Assembly: GCA_903937835.1 (NCBI GenBank)
Contig: CAJAAV010000118.1
Coordinates: 1-56,932 of the forward strand
Reading direction: 5' to 3'
DNA from: an uncultured Chlorobiaceae bacterium
GTDB lineage: Bacteria; Bacteroidota; Chlorobiia; Chlorobiales; Chlorobiaceae
Length of the DNA: 56,932 nt
In this document: positions 10,702 to 22,533 of the stretch, piece by piece
Layout of the letters: every line of letters starts with the position of its first letter
Numbering within the stretch: the stretch's first letter is position 1
The notes under the pieces: generated by a model
The model's input: the letters and a program-made list of their open reading frames with translations, nothing else
Databases searched by the model: none
Told to the model about the DNA's origin: nothing
Translations under genes and position numbers: made by a program

Positions 10702-11799
10702 TTAACGTTTTTCTGCAAGGCTGATGATTCGCTGGACAAGCTGACGGGATGCATCGAAATGTGCCAGTTTCCGGGATGCTTCGCCCATGTTTTTCAATCT
10801 CTCCGCATCATGCAGCAACTCAAGAATGGTGGTTGACGAGACCTCCTCTTCAAGACGGTCATCATCAACCTCTATGGCTGCCCCATTGGCCACAAGCGCC
10901 CGTGCATTATGGCGCTGATGGTCCCCAGTGGCATAAGGATAGGGGACGAGAACCGAAGGCTTGCCAAGATTGGTCAGCTCAGCAAGAGATGAAGCTCCTG
11001 CTCGGCAAAGGACAAGATCCGCTGCGCTGTATGCTGCACCCATATCCTCAATATATGGCGCAATCCAGAGATAAGGTGAGGGCGACACAAGCCCCTTGAT
11101 ACGCTCAAAATCAAGCGCTCCGGTCTGCCAGACAAGATTTGCTGAAGCAGTAATCTCACCAAGCCGCAGAAGCACTGCGTTGTTTATCGAACGAGCTCCC
11201 CGGCTTCCACCAAAAACAAGAAGAGTCGGACGTCCTTCGTGCAAACCGAAACGGCGCCTTGCAGAAGAAGCCTCCAGCAGCTCAAAAGAGCGGGCAGGAT
11301 TGCCAGAAACAAAGATTCGCTGATTTTTTGGGAGAAACTTGCGAGCTTCCTCAAAAGAGAGATGCACTTCACTGGCAAGCGCGGCAAGCAGTTTTGTCGT
11401 TACTCCGGGGAAAGCATTCTGTTCCTGAATGAGTGTTTTTTTTCCCATGAGCTGCGCCGCAAAGAGAAGAGGCGCACTGACAAATCCGCCGGTACCAACA
11501 ACAACATTGGGAGCCTCCCGTCGGACAAGAGAAACCGCAAGGCCCAAAGCCCCGGCAAAATCAGCAAGCACACCGATATTCGCTATGAGATTGGCCAGAG
11601 AACGCCCTCTTTTCAAGCCTCTGACCGGAATAAGGTGCAGCCGGAAGCCAAGTCTTGGCACTTCTGTAGCCTCGATACCGCCGGTCGTACCGGCAAATGA
11701 AATTTCGACGTCGGGAACCAGCTTTCTGAGTTCTCCGGCCATGGCTACAGCCGGATATAAATGGCCGCCCGTTCCCCCGCCTGCAAAAAGAACTTTCAT
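10702..11799 (-). CDS. murG: Lipid II GlcNAc transferase MurG
   Basis: GGGTGGH, EQN, GGSRGA and HQRHNA motifs. Confidence 0.97.
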   Translation of the reverse strand: MKVLFAGGGTGGHLYPAVAMAGELRKLVPDVEISFAGTTGGIEATEVPRLGFRLHLIPVRGLKRGRSLANLIANIGVLADFAGALGLAVSLVRREAPNVVVGTGGFVSAPLLFAAQLMGKKTLIQEQNAFPGVTTKLLAALASEVHLSFEEARKFLPKNQRIFVSGNPARSFELLEASSARRRFGLHEGRPTLLVFGGSRGARSINNAVLLRLGEITASANLVWQTGALDFERIKGLVSPSPYLWIAPYIEDMGAAYSAADLVLCRAGASSLAELTNLGKPSVLVPYPYATGDHQRHNARALVANGAAIEVDDDRLEEEVSSTTILELLHDAERLKNMGEASRKLAHFDASRQLVQRIISLAEKR

Positions 11800-13001
11800 A
11801 CGTCTCTCCCGCCAGTAACATCGGAGAGCACACCCCTTTCACGCGCGTGTTTCTTGTGTCGCGATATACTCATAAGAATACCGACACCAAGAGAGTTAAA
11901 CAAAAGAGCTGTGCCTCCATAACTGATAAAAGGCAACGCAACACCAGTGGTTGGCAAGAGATGACAGGCAACCGCAATGTTAACAAAAGCAAAAAGAGTA
12001 ATCGCAATAGTGATTCCACTTGCTACATATTTTCCAAAATTATCGGGAGCATGCTTGGCTATGACAAGACCACAGACAAAAAATCCTGCAAACAATGCAA
12101 TCACGGCAACCGCACCGATAAAGCCGTACTCCTCGCCGATAATGACAAAAACAAAATCGTTATAGGAGAGTGGCAGATAGAGATCCCGTTGCTTGCTGGC
12201 TCCGATACCGAGACCAAAGAGTCCGCCATTGCCAAGACCGATCAATGCCTGCACGACCTGATAGCTATACCCTTTTTCATCTCCGCTTGTAAATGAGAGC
12301 AGACGGGCAACACGATATGGCGCAGCAATGGCAAAAACTGCCGCAACAGGTATAAGCAGCGAGGCCGTCGCCAGAAGATGGCGAATATTCACGCCACCAA
12401 TAAACATAAGGGTAAACCCTGTCACGGCAATAAGCGACGCTGTACTGAAGTTCGGCTCGAATGCCACAAGGGCTACGACAATCATCAGGAGGGTGAGGAG
12501 GGGATAATAGGAGTTATTGAGATCCTTTATATATGCCTGTTTTTCACTGATAAGCCTCGAAAAATGAAAGATAATCCCATACTTCGCAAAGTCGGAGACC
12601 TGGAATTTGAACGGCCCAAAGCCTATCCAGCGTGCCGCCCCCGAAATAAGACCAACCGCTTTCATGGCAAGAAGAATGGTAAGGAGAACAATACCGGAAA
12701 AAAGAATAATTTTGCTGGTCTTCCAGAATACGTGATAGTCAATCATTGCCACCAGCACAATGGTACCTGTTCCAAGGACTGCAAAGGTAAGCTGACGCCA
12801 CAGAAAATACTCTGAGTTCGAATACTTCGTTACCGCCCATCCGGCTCCGCTGCTGTAGACAATGACGATACCTATGCACATCAGAAGAGAGACAATAAGT
12901 ATCAGCAATTTTCCGGCTATAACCTCTCCGTATGAAGAGGATGAAAGCACCTCCAGAGTGGGCAGCTCTGCAGAACCGGGAAGAGAGTCGGTATTCACCA
13001 T
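11796..13001 (-). CDS. ftsW: SEDS peptidoglycan polymerase FtsW
   Basis: GAARWI, NDFVF..IGEEYG and LPFISYGGT motifs; about ten TM helices. Confidence 0.95.
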   Translation of the reverse strand: MVNTDSLPGSAELPTLEVLSSSSYGEVIAGKLLILIVSLLMCIGIVIVYSSGAGWAVTKYSNSEYFLWRQLTFAVLGTGTIVLVAMIDYHVFWKTSKIILFSGIVLLTILLAMKAVGLISGAARWIGFGPFKFQVSDFAKYGIIFHFSRLISEKQAYIKDLNNSYYPLLTLLMIVVALVAFEPNFSTASLIAVTGFTLMFIGGVNIRHLLATASLLIPVAAVFAIAAPYRVARLLSFTSGDEKGYSYQVVQALIGLGNGGLFGLGIGASKQRDLYLPLSYNDFVFVIIGEEYGFIGAVAVIALFAGFFVCGLVIAKHAPDNFGKYVASGITIAITLFAFVNIAVACHLLPTTGVALPFISYGGTALLFNSLGVGILMSISRHKKHARERGVLSDVTGGRDV

Positions 13002-14392
13002 GACGATAAGTGATGCACACATTGTTTAAACTGCTGGCCGCGCTCCTCAAAATTCTTGAACATGTCAAAGCTGGCGCACCCTGGCGAAAAGAGCACGGTC
13101 TGCCCGGGCAAGGCTGCCTCACTGGCAAACAAAACGGCCTCTTCGAGTGAAGCTGCCACTTTAAGGGCAACAATACCATCAAAGAAAGATGCTATTTTAC
13201 CCTTCGATTCTCCTATGGCAATGAGCAGAGAGACCTTGTTCCGTACCAGCTCGGCGATTGATGCATAATCATTGCCTTTATCCCTTCCTCCGGCAATAAG
13301 CACCGCTGTACCGGGCATAGCCTCAATTGCCTGCCGCATCGCATTGATGTTCGTTGCTTTTGAATCATTAACCCAGTCAGCCCCGTTGATGGTCATGACA
13401 AATTCCTGACGGTGTTCAACGCCCCTGAACTCCCTGAGCGCCTTACACACAGCCTCGCTGCCGATACCCAACGCCCTCGCTGCAGCTACGGCCGCAAGCA
13501 CATTTGAGATATTGTGCCGTCCACGAAAACTGTTTTTCAGAAAATCTGATGTTCCCAGGAGCTGCTCTTCTCCACTTGCCTTGCGCACAACAATCGCATC
13601 CCCGTCAAGCAAAATCAGGCGGCGATCAACGTCTCCCTCAGAGGCTGGCTCCATGCCAAAAGGAAGTATCCTGAAAGGAAATCGATCCGCATCACCGCTG
13701 AAATGTGCCCTGAGCAAGGGGTCATCCACATTATAGACAAGCGTATCATGAGCGCTCTGGTTCATAAAAATCCTGAACTTCGCGTCAGCATACCGCTGCA
13801 TATCATGTTCATAGCGGTCGAGATGATCCGGCGTAATATTGGTGATAACGGCAACATCCGGCCTGAAAGTAAAGCACCGCTCAAGTTGGTAACTGCTCAG
13901 CTCTACAACAGCAACATCCCCGGCGTTCATCTGGCGCGCCATCGAGGCAAACGGCACACCAATATTGCCGACACTGTATGAGCGATACCCGTGCTGACGA
14001 CCATCTTCTTCACAGATACGGTGAACAAGCGTTGCTGTAGTAGTTTTACCATCAGTACCGGTAATACCGACAATGCGAGCCTTGCAGAAACAGCTCGCTA
14101 TCTCAATTTCGCTGAACAGCGGAATCCCACGCGCCTCCATGGTTTTCACCACCAGCGCAGAAGGCGGAATACCCGGACTGATGACACAAAAATCAGCATC
14201 GTAAACGCTTTCGGAATGCCCCTCCTCTTCGAATCGTATCTGCTTCTCCTGAAGAGACAAAACCTCTTTTTCGCCAATCCTGCCGAGCTCACTGAGCAGT
14301 ACCTCCGCACCTTCACGTTTGAGCAGTTCTGCTGCGGCAATACCGCTCTTGCCGGCACCAATGACCGATACTCTTTTACCCGTTACATCCAT
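12995..14392 (-). CDS. murD: UDP-MurNAc-L-Ala--D-Glu ligase
   Basis: GTDGKTT, ELSSYQL, DHLDRY, NDSKATN and SPGCASFD motifs. Confidence 0.97.
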   Translation of the reverse strand: MDVTGKRVSVIGAGKSGIAAAELLKREGAEVLLSELGRIGEKEVLSLQEKQIRFEEEGHSESVYDADFCVISPGIPPSALVVKTMEARGIPLFSEIEIASCFCKARIVGITGTDGKTTTATLVHRICEEDGRQHGYRSYSVGNIGVPFASMARQMNAGDVAVVELSSYQLERCFTFRPDVAVITNITPDHLDRYEHDMQRYADAKFRIFMNQSAHDTLVYNVDDPLLRAHFSGDADRFPFRILPFGMEPASEGDVDRRLILLDGDAIVVRKASGEEQLLGTSDFLKNSFRGRHNISNVLAAVAAARALGIGSEAVCKALREFRGVEHRQEFVMTINGADWVNDSKATNINAMRQAIEAMPGTAVLIAGGRDKGNDYASIAELVRNKVSLLIAIGESKGKIASFFDGIVALKVAASLEEAVLFASEAALPGQTVLFSPGCASFDMFKNFEERGQQFKQCVHHLSSW

Positions 14393-14397
14393 AGCAG

Positions 14398-15504
14398 TTA
14401 TCTGAGTTTTAAGGTCATGAGACTGGCCAGAAAAAAGAGAATGGTCAAAATCCAGAACCTTATCACAATTTTTTGTTCAGCCCATCCCTTCAACTGAAAA
14501 TGATGATGAAGGGGTGCCATCAAAAAAATTCTCCGCCCCTGACCGTACCTCATTTTCGTGTACTTGAAATAGAGCACCTGCATAGAGACCGAAAGTGCTT
14601 CAAGAAAAAATATACCCGCAATCAGCGGCAGAAGAAGCTCCTGCTTGATCAGAAGAGCAATAACAGCAATAGCACTGCCAAGAGCAAGAGATCCGGTATC
14701 ACCCATGATAATTTCAGCCGGATTGGAATTGAACCACAAAAAACCGACACAGGACATGACAATCGCCATGCTGACCACGGCAACCTCGCCACCTCCCGGA
14801 ATAAAAGGAATATTAAGATACACAGCATAGACCGCATTTCCGGCAAGGTAAGAAAAGCCCCCGAGACCCATGACTACAATAGCAGAACTTCCAGCCGCAA
14901 GGCCGTCAAGGCCATCAGTCAGGTTTACCGCATTCGATACCGCAGTAATAATAAAAATGACTATTGGTATATAAAAAACGCCGTAGTCAAGAGTCAGATG
15001 TTTGAAAAACGGCACCGTTGTCGTCGAAAGAAGTACCGAAAACGCGGGATCAAACCAGGTGTAGGTTCCTATCACCAGGCCAAGAGAGAGTTGCCCTATA
15101 AGCTTGTAGCGCGCCGAGAGACCACCCTTGATTTTCAACACCACCTTGCGGTAGTCATCAATGAACCCGATGATGCCCATCCACAAAATAGCAAGCATGA
15201 TCAGCCAGACATGGGGATCATTGAATTTTGACCAGAGCAACACTGAAATTTCTATGGAAAATATAATGAGCAGCCCCCCCATCGTGGGTAGCGCCTTTTT
15301 CTTTTTATGTTCCGGAGGTGCCTCCTCCTTTATTGGTTCAATAAACCGGGCTTTCAGATATCTGATGAGTCCGGGACCGGCAAAGAGAGTAATCAGCAAC
15401 GCCGTTATCGCCGCAGCACTTGCCCTGAAGGTAAGATACTCGATAATACGGAGTACGGGAAAATGGAAAATATCGTTGATGTACTTCAACAGATAATAAA
15501 GCAT
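14398..15504 (-). CDS. mraY: Phospho-MurNAc-pentapeptide transferase
   Basis: [23 protein letters not shown] and MAPLHHH motifs. Confidence 0.98.
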   Translation of the reverse strand: MLYYLLKYINDIFHFPVLRIIEYLTFRASAAAITALLITLFAGPGLIRYLKARFIEPIKEEAPPEHKKKKALPTMGGLLIIFSIEISVLLWSKFNDPHVWLIMLAILWMGIIGFIDDYRKVVLKIKGGLSARYKLIGQLSLGLVIGTYTWFDPAFSVLLSTTTVPFFKHLTLDYGVFYIPIVIFIITAVSNAVNLTDGLDGLAAGSSAIVVMGLGGFSYLAGNAVYAVYLNIPFIPGGGEVAVVSMAIVMSCVGFLWFNSNPAEIIMGDTGSLALGSAIAVIALLIKQELLLPLIAGIFFLEALSVSMQVLYFKYTKMRYGQGRRIFLMAPLHHHFQLKGWAEQKIVIRFWILTILFFLASLMTLKLR

Positions 15505-15512
15505 GCCGATTT

Positions 15513-16940
15513 TTACCTGTTTATGGTTCTTGCAACAATAAGAGACTCTACAATCTGTTCAAGTTTCATACCTCTTGATCCCTTGAAAAGCACGACATCA
15601 TCCTCATGAAGCAGAGCAAGCAATAGCTCCAAAAGTTGCTCGCGGCTTTCAAAATGACCCCGACAAGCGCCTGGAGCCTCCCGACCGATCAGTCGGGCCT
15701 TGTCGCCAAAAGTAAGCAATATATCAACAGGGCGCTGATGAATATAACTGCCAATAGTTTCATGTTCAACATCTCCCGCTGCGCCGAGTTCAAGCATATC
15801 GCCCAGAACGGCCACCCTTTTACCTCCACACGGCATATCACAAAGCGCCTCGATTGCCTGTCGCATAGAGTCCGAATTGGCATTATAGGTATCATTAAGA
15901 ATCCTGAGACCGAATGAGTCAACAACCTCAAGCCGTTTCCAGCCAGGAGCGGGGATGAGACTCTCAAGCCCTTCACGAATCTGCAGGAGTGAAAGTCCAA
16001 AATGGGCACCCACTGCTGCTGCAGCAACAGCATTGATGACATTGTGCTTGCCGGTAAAATTCAGAATAACCTTTTCTCTCCCGGTAAGCGAACATAAAAG
16101 AAAAGAGAGACGACCATCCTGTTCCACAGAAATCTCCCTGGCCCAACAGGTATGAGCAGGACTTTCCGACGTACCGTAACAGAGACTCCCTGCAAGCCCT
16201 GCGCCAGCATCCCGCAGGCGCAGATCATCGGTGTTGATGAACGCAATACCCCCGCTCTGGCGCACATAGTCGTAAAGCTGTGTTTCGGCAGCGGCTACAC
16301 CATCAAGATCAAGAAGAAACTCCAGATGCTCATGACCGATATTGGTCAAAAGAGCGTGGGTTGGCCTGACAATGCCGGCAAGCAAAGCCATCTCTCCAGG
16401 ATGATTGATCCCCACCTCGACAACAGCAATGTCGCTATCGCGCCGGAGTTGGAGCAGAGTAAGGGGAACGCCGAGATGATTGTTCCGGTTACCCTGACTC
16501 ACGGTAACCTTGAAACCCGTTCCAAGAACCGATGCAACCATCTCCTTGGTCGTGGTCTTCCCGTTACTGCCGCCAATAGCCACAACAGGAAGAGAAAATG
16601 TGCTCCTGTACATCGTTGAGAGACGCTGCAAACCGGCAACAGTATCAGTGGTAACGATAAAACCCTTTCCGGGCGGCGGTTGCGGTGAGCCTTCTGCTTC
16701 ATACCACTCACGACTAACCATAGCCCATGATGCGCCGTTATCAAAGACCGTCCGGATATAGCTGTGGCCGTCCGTTCTCTCACCCTTGAGTGCAATAAAA
16801 ATACCGCCTTCGGTAATCTCTCTTGAATCAATAACCACTTTTGGCTCAACAATCTCAAGAGGAGGGGAGTCCACCCGAGCTGCGACAACCTCTCCTGCAT
16901 CCCGGAACTCATTGATACTCAGCACACCTTTCACTTGCAT
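15513..16940 (-). CDS. murF: UDP-MurNAc-tripeptide--D-Ala-D-Ala ligase
   Basis: [24 protein letters not shown] and KGSRG motifs; start 16940 or 16934. Confidence 0.96.
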   Translation of the reverse strand: MQVKGVLSINEFRDAGEVVAARVDSPPLEIVEPKVVIDSREITEGGIFIALKGERTDGHSYIRTVFDNGASWAMVSREWYEAEGSPQPPPGKGFIVTTDTVAGLQRLSTMYRSTFSLPVVAIGGSNGKTTTKEMVASVLGTGFKVTVSQGNRNNHLGVPLTLLQLRRDSDIAVVEVGINHPGEMALLAGIVRPTHALLTNIGHEHLEFLLDLDGVAAAETQLYDYVRQSGGIAFINTDDLRLRDAGAGLAGSLCYGTSESPAHTCWAREISVEQDGRLSFLLCSLTGREKVILNFTGKHNVINAVAAAAVGAHFGLSLLQIREGLESLIPAPGWKRLEVVDSFGLRILNDTYNANSDSMRQAIEALCDMPCGGKRVAVLGDMLELGAAGDVEHETIGSYIHQRPVDILLTFGDKARLIGREAPGACRGHFESREQLLELLLALLHEDDVVLFKGSRGMKLEQIVESLIVARTINR

Positions 16941-18496
16941 TCTCTCTCCTTCACCGGATATCCAGCATCGTTTTCCTGCATCCATTGTCGTAAAATATCC
17001 TGATCTGAGAAATAATGTTTCCGACCGGCAATCTCCTGGTACTTTTCGTGACCTTTCCCTGCAACAAGAAGAACATCGCCCTGTTTGAGCATCGAGACCG
17101 CCACCCTGATGGCTTCTGCCCGGTCGGGGATCCTTCTGTAACGGCTGCCGGTGATGCCTCGCTCAATTTCATCAAGAATCAGCTCAGGATCCTCATCGCG
17201 AGGATTATCAGAAGTAATGATGACCTCATCGGCTGTTTCGGAAGCGATACGCCCCATTTCAGGGCGCTTTGAACGATCCCTGTTGCCCCCGCACCCAAAA
17301 ACTACAATGAGACGGGCTCCCTCAGGCTTCAGGCTGCGCAAGGCATCAAGCGACTTGAGCAGTGCATCGGGAGTATGAGCATAATCAACAAAAACAGAGC
17401 GCTCCTGTCTCTGGTCAACGATTCTTTCCATGCGTCCCTCAACTGCGGAAATCTCCGAAAGAGAACGGCAGATCTCTTCGGGGGCAAGACCCATCCCGCT
17501 TCCAATCGCCGCAGCCTCAAGCTCATTCATGACATTAAAGACCCCGGGCAACCCAACCTGCATGGTCATCACTGCATCAGGAAAATGGAGGGTGACCGTG
17601 CTTGACGCAAGAGTGCTCTGAAGAATATCGGCTTTAAAAAAGCGGCTGCACAAAAACGCCGGAACCGCTCCTGAGAGCAGGCTGCAACAGTATATTTTTT
17701 CACGACCAACCCGTTCTGCCATCTGTACAGCACAGGGGTCATCGATATTGAATACGGCAAATCCTTCCGGAGCAAGCTGGTCGAACAACTGCTGCTTGGC
17801 TGAAGCATACTCCTGCATGGAGGCGTGAAAGTCAAGATGCTCCATGGTCAGGTTGGTAAAAAGTGCAGCATGAAACCTGATGCCGTAAACTCTCTGCAGC
17901 ACCAGTGCATGGGAAGAGACCTCCATAACTGCCGCCCTGCATCCCGCCGCAACCATCTCACTGAAAAGAGCATGCAAACCGTGAGCCTCAGGGGTGGTAC
18001 GGTCAAGCGCAATATCGCGCGCTCCAATCCGGCAGAGATTCGTGCCAATATAACCTGCCCGAATACCTCCGGCATTGAGCATTGCCGTGATCAGCTTTGC
18101 TGTGGTGGTTTTGCCGTTTGTACCGGTAACCCCGATAATCAGCAGCCGGTCGGAAGCATAATCATAAAAAATACGAGCCGCCTCCGCAAGAGCCTTTCGT
18201 GCATCGGCAACTCTTATATAAAGAGTTGATACGTCTGGATCAGGCGGAAATTCTTCACAGATAACCGCCACAGCCCCACCCTCGACAGCACTTCGGATGA
18301 ACCGATGACCGTCAGTACAGTAACCTCTGACTGCGACAAAAAGCGCACCCGGCAGAACCTCCCGTGAATCGCTGGTTATCATGCATACCGCACCGCCTTT
18401 CCTGGCTTTTCCTGCCAGCTCCAGGGAAGAAATCCCCTTGAGCAACTCCTCCAGTTGCACCTGCTGCTGGCCATCACTCTCTTTCATCACCGTCAT
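16931..18496 (-). CDS. murE: UDP-MurNAc-dipeptide--meso-DAP ligase
   Basis: GTNGKTT, TTPE, MEVSSH and DYAHTPD motifs, plus DNPR (DAP specificity). Confidence 0.97.
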   Translation of the reverse strand: MTVMKESDGQQQVQLEELLKGISSLELAGKARKGGAVCMITSDSREVLPGALFVAVRGYCTDGHRFIRSAVEGGAVAVICEEFPPDPDVSTLYIRVADARKALAEAARIFYDYASDRLLIIGVTGTNGKTTTAKLITAMLNAGGIRAGYIGTNLCRIGARDIALDRTTPEAHGLHALFSEMVAAGCRAAVMEVSSHALVLQRVYGIRFHAALFTNLTMEHLDFHASMQEYASAKQQLFDQLAPEGFAVFNIDDPCAVQMAERVGREKIYCCSLLSGAVPAFLCSRFFKADILQSTLASSTVTLHFPDAVMTMQVGLPGVFNVMNELEAAAIGSGMGLAPEEICRSLSEISAVEGRMERIVDQRQERSVFVDYAHTPDALLKSLDALRSLKPEGARLIVVFGCGGNRDRSKRPEMGRIASETADEVIITSDNPRDEDPELILDEIERGITGSRYRRIPDRAEAIRVAVSMLKQGDVLLVAGKGHEKYQEIAGRKHYFSDQDILRQWMQENDAGYPVKERECK

Positions 18497-20496
18497 GAGG
18501 GGGGGCTGTTCATCTTCTTTAAAGAAAGTATCACCGCAATAACCCTTTTCTTTTCAACCTTGCTGCCGGGCAGAATGTTTTGACGGACAACAACCCCGTC
18601 AAAATCTCCGGAATACTCCATCTCGAGACTGAGCCATTTCAACAACCGCTGAGCATCACGACCCTTCAGTCCCCCGAGTTCTGGAACGGTCACCGTAGAA
18701 ACAGAATCAATAACCCCCTGTTCCGGGGATCGGATGGAAAGGTTTTTCTGCATCTCCTCCGAACAGGCAATCATTCTCGATGCAATCCCGGCAAAAACCG
18801 GAACAGCAACAGTTGCGGCATAGTAAGCCGTTTTTGGATTTTCAACAAGCACAATAATAGCATAGCGGGGAAAGGCAGCAGGAAAATAGCCTACAAATGA
18901 AGAAACATAGGAGCGGTTGGCATACGATCCCCCGGCCGCACGGCGTGCGGTTCCAGTCTTGCCTGCCACATTCATTCTGATCAAGAGATCATTTTTAGCG
19001 GTTCCACTGTCCACAACCGCTTTAAAATACTCTTTGTTGAGATATCGTGCCGTTGCGACCGAAACGACCCTCTGGACTTTTTCAGGAGCACCCTCCCGAA
19101 CAACCTGACCCTTCGCATCAGTAATTTTCTTGATAATATAGGGCCGCATCCGCTCACCATCATTGGCAATGGTCGCGTAGGCCTGCAGGATCTGCAACGG
19201 GGTGGTCATCACCTGATAGCCATAGCCCATCCAGGGAAGCGTGGTCATATCCCACTGGTCAAGCGGACGCACAATCCCTCTTGCCTCACCAACCAGTCCA
19301 ATACCTGTCTTTTTTCCAAAACCAAAATTTCTCGTATAGGCACTGAATTTTTCCCGACCGACCTTCATGGCCGTCGTGGCAGCCACAATATTGCTTGAAT
19401 GCATGATGGCCTGACGGAACGTTATGTATCCATAAGGTTCATGATCCGTGATCTTGAGTTTATAAAACGGCATAACCCCGTTATAGCCGAATACTACATC
19501 CTCTGCTTTTCTCTTCAGCACTTCCGTTGCCGCAGCGGCCATGACCAGCTTGAACGTTGAGCCTGGTTCATACATTTCAGTCACCGCCCGGTTCCGCGAA
19601 TTTTCCTTGCTCCATGTGGCCCTGTTATTCAGATCAAACGCCGGATAGTTTGCCATGGCAAGAATCTCGCCGGTACGAACATCCATAACAATACTGGTCG
19701 CCGCATCAGCCCTGAAGGTTGCAACCGCCTTTGAAAGCTCATCTTCGACGATGCTTTGAATATCCCCGTCGATAGTCAGTTGCACGGTATTACCTTTAAC
19801 CGCATCCTGTTGCTGAGCATCGGGAGCAGGGTAACGGACTCCAGTGGCGTTCCGCTGAAAATTTTTTGTGCCGTCAATCCCTTTCAGCTCCCTGTTTAAT
19901 TGCAGTTCAAGGCCACTGCTTCCATCAGTTTTACTTTTTTCGTTGCCGGTAAAACCGATCAACTGGGCGGCAACATTCAGGTACGATCGCTGCTGCTCCT
20001 TGTCAAACCATACCCCGGCAATCTTTTCTTGCATAAGCGGCAGCGCTTTTGCAACAGGTATTTTCCGGCCAAGCACCGCGATCCCTTTCCGGCGTTTCAA
20101 CTCTTTGAGGAGTACCTGCCTGTTCACCCCCAGATGCTTTGCGAAAAAGGTGGCAACAGTCCCGGTATTATCATAAGTTTTCTGTTTCCTGCTCTTCTTG
20201 TCATTAACAGGTTTGCCGTGTGCATCAAACAGCGGGGTATTCATGATTATCGAAGGATCGGCATAGAAAGTGATTGACTCAATACTTTCGGCAAGCATGC
20301 GTGAACGTCGGTCAAGAATAACCCCCCGCTGTGCGACCTCCGTCACCACCCGTTCGTACTGCCTGGCGGCTTTCTGCTTATATTTTTTGACATTGATCAC
20401 CTGAATATTGAGCAACATTCCAATGATCGCGACGATAAACAGTGTAAAAGCACAAGCCACAACAGCAAGCCGTTTGCCAAACTCCTGATCATTCAT
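18493..20496 (-). CDS. ftsI: Class B penicillin-binding protein (PBP3) with C-terminal PASTA domain
   Basis: STFK, SSN and KTGT motifs; RGVILDR and GLE motifs; PASTA-like C-terminus. Confidence 0.93.
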   Translation of the reverse strand: MNDQEFGKRLAVVACAFTLFIVAIIGMLLNIQVINVKKYKQKAARQYERVVTEVAQRGVILDRRSRMLAESIESITFYADPSIIMNTPLFDAHGKPVNDKKSRKQKTYDNTGTVATFFAKHLGVNRQVLLKELKRRKGIAVLGRKIPVAKALPLMQEKIAGVWFDKEQQRSYLNVAAQLIGFTGNEKSKTDGSSGLELQLNRELKGIDGTKNFQRNATGVRYPAPDAQQQDAVKGNTVQLTIDGDIQSIVEDELSKAVATFRADAATSIVMDVRTGEILAMANYPAFDLNNRATWSKENSRNRAVTEMYEPGSTFKLVMAAAATEVLKRKAEDVVFGYNGVMPFYKLKITDHEPYGYITFRQAIMHSSNIVAATTAMKVGREKFSAYTRNFGFGKKTGIGLVGEARGIVRPLDQWDMTTLPWMGYGYQVMTTPLQILQAYATIANDGERMRPYIIKKITDAKGQVVREGAPEKVQRVVSVATARYLNKEYFKAVVDSGTAKNDLLIRMNVAGKTGTARRAAGGSYANRSYVSSFVGYFPAAFPRYAIIVLVENPKTAYYAATVAVPVFAGIASRMIACSEEMQKNLSIRSPEQGVIDSVSTVTVPELGGLKGRDAQRLLKWLSLEMEYSGDFDGVVVRQNILPGSKVEKKRVIAVILSLKKMNSPPS

Positions 20497-20527
20497 AAGC
20501 AATCCCGTTCATTGAGCTGCAAATCAT

Positions 20528-20809
20528 TCACGGTTCAAGTTCAACCGGCGGGATACTGGACGGTGTAAGTCCGAGTGCGGCGGCTTGCTGCGCAATATTA
20601 TGGATACTATGCAGTTCATCCGCTTTCAGTTTCTGCGAGGTGATCATACTGGCGCTCATCTTGAGCTGCTCCCGAAGCTTTTCATTCTGCTGCGCAAGCT
20701 CAATTATAGCAAGGTTATTATGCGTCTGGAAAAGAAAAATCCCTGTTACGGCCAGAAGGTACAAAAAAGTCTTTGGTTGCAGCAACGCACCAATATCGAA
20801 ATTATTCAT
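20528..20809 (-). CDS. ftsL: FtsL-like cell division protein
   Basis: Short TM plus coiled coil ending in AAALGL; located between rsmH and ftsI. Confidence 0.7.
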   Translation of the reverse strand: MNNFDIGALLQPKTFLYLLAVTGIFLFQTHNNLAIIELAQQNEKLREQLKMSASMITSQKLKADELHSIHNIAQQAAALGLTPSSIPPVELEP

Positions 20810-21788
20810 GGTGATCTCTCCGTGGAATTTTTTCAATAATTCTCAATTTTGCACTTCTTGCTCTCGGGTTTGATTCTATCTCCTGCACGCTTGCCGTCAA
20901 AGGCTTTCTGGTAACAAGGGCCACCGTGCCCCAGGCAAGCGGCTCCCTCATTGCCACACCTTTGGGGCCCCAGTCACTCCTTGCTTTTTCAGCAAAAACT
21001 GTTTTGACGATTCTGTCCTCAAGAGAGTGATAGCTGATAACTGCCATCCTGCCATAATCATCAAGGCAATCAATGCCGTCAGAAAGTGCCCGGCGGAGCA
21101 CATCAAGCTCACCATTCACCTCAATTCGCAACGCCTGAAATACCCTTGACAGCGTCTTGATAACCTTCTCACCGCCATACGCGTTACCGCGAATAATGTC
21201 TGAAAGCTCTTTTGTACCGTTTACTGATCCATTTTTTTTACGCCAGGCAACAATCGCTTTCGCAATGCTCCGGCTTCTTGGTTCTTCGCCATACCTGTAA
21301 ATGAGCCTTGCAAGTTCTTTCTCTTCATAGCTGTTCACAATGTCTCCAGCGCTCAGGGAAGCATCACTGTCCATCCTCATATCAAGCGGCCCCTCCCTGA
21401 GATAGCTGAAGCCCCGCTCCGCAGTATCAATCTGAAACGATGAAACCCCAAGATCAAGTAAAATCCCGGCAACCTTAGGTTCCAGACCCTTGTTGCCGCA
21501 GACTCCTGTAATGATTGGCTCAATATCCTGAAAATTCCCCTTGACCAGAACAAAATGGTCTTCGAATCCCCCGAGAGTTCGGGCAGCCTCTTCTAATGCG
21601 GCAGCGTCCTGATCAATGCCTATCAGCAACGATTGCTCGCTATAACCAGCCTCACGCAGCGCATGAAGGAAGGCAAGCGAATGGCCTCCACCACCAAGAG
21701 TCCCGTCGACATAAATCCCCGGTTTTCTGACCAGAAATGCAACAATTTCAGCGGCAAGCACCGGTTCATGAAATCTGCCCTGTACCAT
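20802..21788 (-). CDS. rsmH: 16S rRNA m4C1402 methyltransferase
   Basis: DGTLGGGGHS, DLGVSS, PLDMRM, HSLEDR and NPRARSAKLR motifs. Confidence 0.97.
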   Translation of the reverse strand: MVQGRFHEPVLAAEIVAFLVRKPGIYVDGTLGGGGHSLAFLHALREAGYSEQSLLIGIDQDAAALEEAARTLGGFEDHFVLVKGNFQDIEPIITGVCGNKGLEPKVAGILLDLGVSSFQIDTAERGFSYLREGPLDMRMDSDASLSAGDIVNSYEEKELARLIYRYGEEPRSRSIAKAIVAWRKKNGSVNGTKELSDIIRGNAYGGEKVIKTLSRVFQALRIEVNGELDVLRRALSDGIDCLDDYGRMAVISYHSLEDRIVKTVFAEKARSDWGPKGVAMREPLAWGTVALVTRKPLTASVQEIESNPRARSAKLRIIEKIPRRDHHE

Positions 21789-21793
21789 TGCCG

Positions 21794-22264
21794 TTAAAAA
21801 TACCTTCCGGCAAGCGATGCAAAACGATCGGCACTCTCCTGCAAGAGAGCCAGAAGGCGATCCGGATCCCAAATAATCATTTTTGTATCAGCGCCGATAA
21901 TAACCACATCCTTTTTAATACCTGCATGTTCAAGAAACTCCCTTGAGAGCGCAACCCGACCCTGGCGGTCAAGTTCGACCGTTTCAAGGCTTTCGTACAT
22001 CAATGTTTTCAGCAAGCGCTCTTCAGGGTTAAAATCCGAAAGAGCAGAGATGGTTTTTCTCATGTTGTTCCAGACAAACGGCTCATAAAGCTCAAGAGAT
22101 CTATCGGGAGCTTTCATGATATAGAGCGCATCAATATGCCCCGGCAAGAGTTCCTCGATACCCGATGAAGCTGGCTGACCGAATCTACGGCGAAACTTTG
22201 CCGGAATCATCAGACGCCCTTTCTCGTCGACAGCATGTCTCTCTTTTCCAATAAAGCCAGCCAT
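21794..22264 (-). CDS. mraZ: Transcriptional regulator MraZ
   Basis: Two SpoVT/AbrB repeats (DEKGRLMIP, DRQGRV); first gene of the dcw cluster. Confidence 0.96.
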   Translation of the reverse strand: MAGFIGKERHAVDEKGRLMIPAKFRRRFGQPASSGIEELLPGHIDALYIMKAPDRSLELYEPFVWNNMRKTISALSDFNPEERLLKTLMYESLETVELDRQGRVALSREFLEHAGIKKDVVIIGADTKMIIWDPDRLLALLQESADRFASLAGRYF

Positions 22265-22374
22265 TATGGCGATCCCGTGAGCTACCGTTATACAGATATT
22301 TCCAGATTCTTAACCCCCAGTGACCTGAGAATCAGCTAATAAAAAGAAAAAAACAGTACGCACGAACAATAACC

Positions 22375-22399
22375 CCCATTTTTTACCCTTTTTTACCAC
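22375..22399 (-). promoter_or_regulatory. Putative MraZ-binding repeats
   Basis: Minus strand reads GTGGT-AAAAA-AGGGT-AAAAA-ATGGG: three GTGG(G)-like boxes at 10-bp periodicity upstream of mraZ. Confidence 0.7.
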
Positions 22400-22411
22400 T
22401 GTAAAATGTAT

Positions 22412-22443
22412 AAAAAAGGAGGCACTAAAAAAATAGTCCTCTT
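22412..22443 (-). terminator. Putative terminator of the tpsB-like gene
   Basis: Minus strand GAGGACTA-TTTTTT-TAGT(G)CCTC followed by CTTTTTT. Confidence 0.45.
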
Positions 22444-22533
22444 GTTTTAATCGCCAAACAGCTTGCGAAATGAAGGTTTTCAGCAGCGGGTGTTCTGGGG
22501 AAACTCGAAAAGCAGCATCGAAGCAACCGTGAT

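Noticed and set aside
14473-15231. Long antisense ORFs (252 aa here; also 4989-5705, 55102-55710, 27164-27748 and others)
   Set aside because: They are shadows of well-conserved genes on the opposite strand, with no recognisable motifs or RBS
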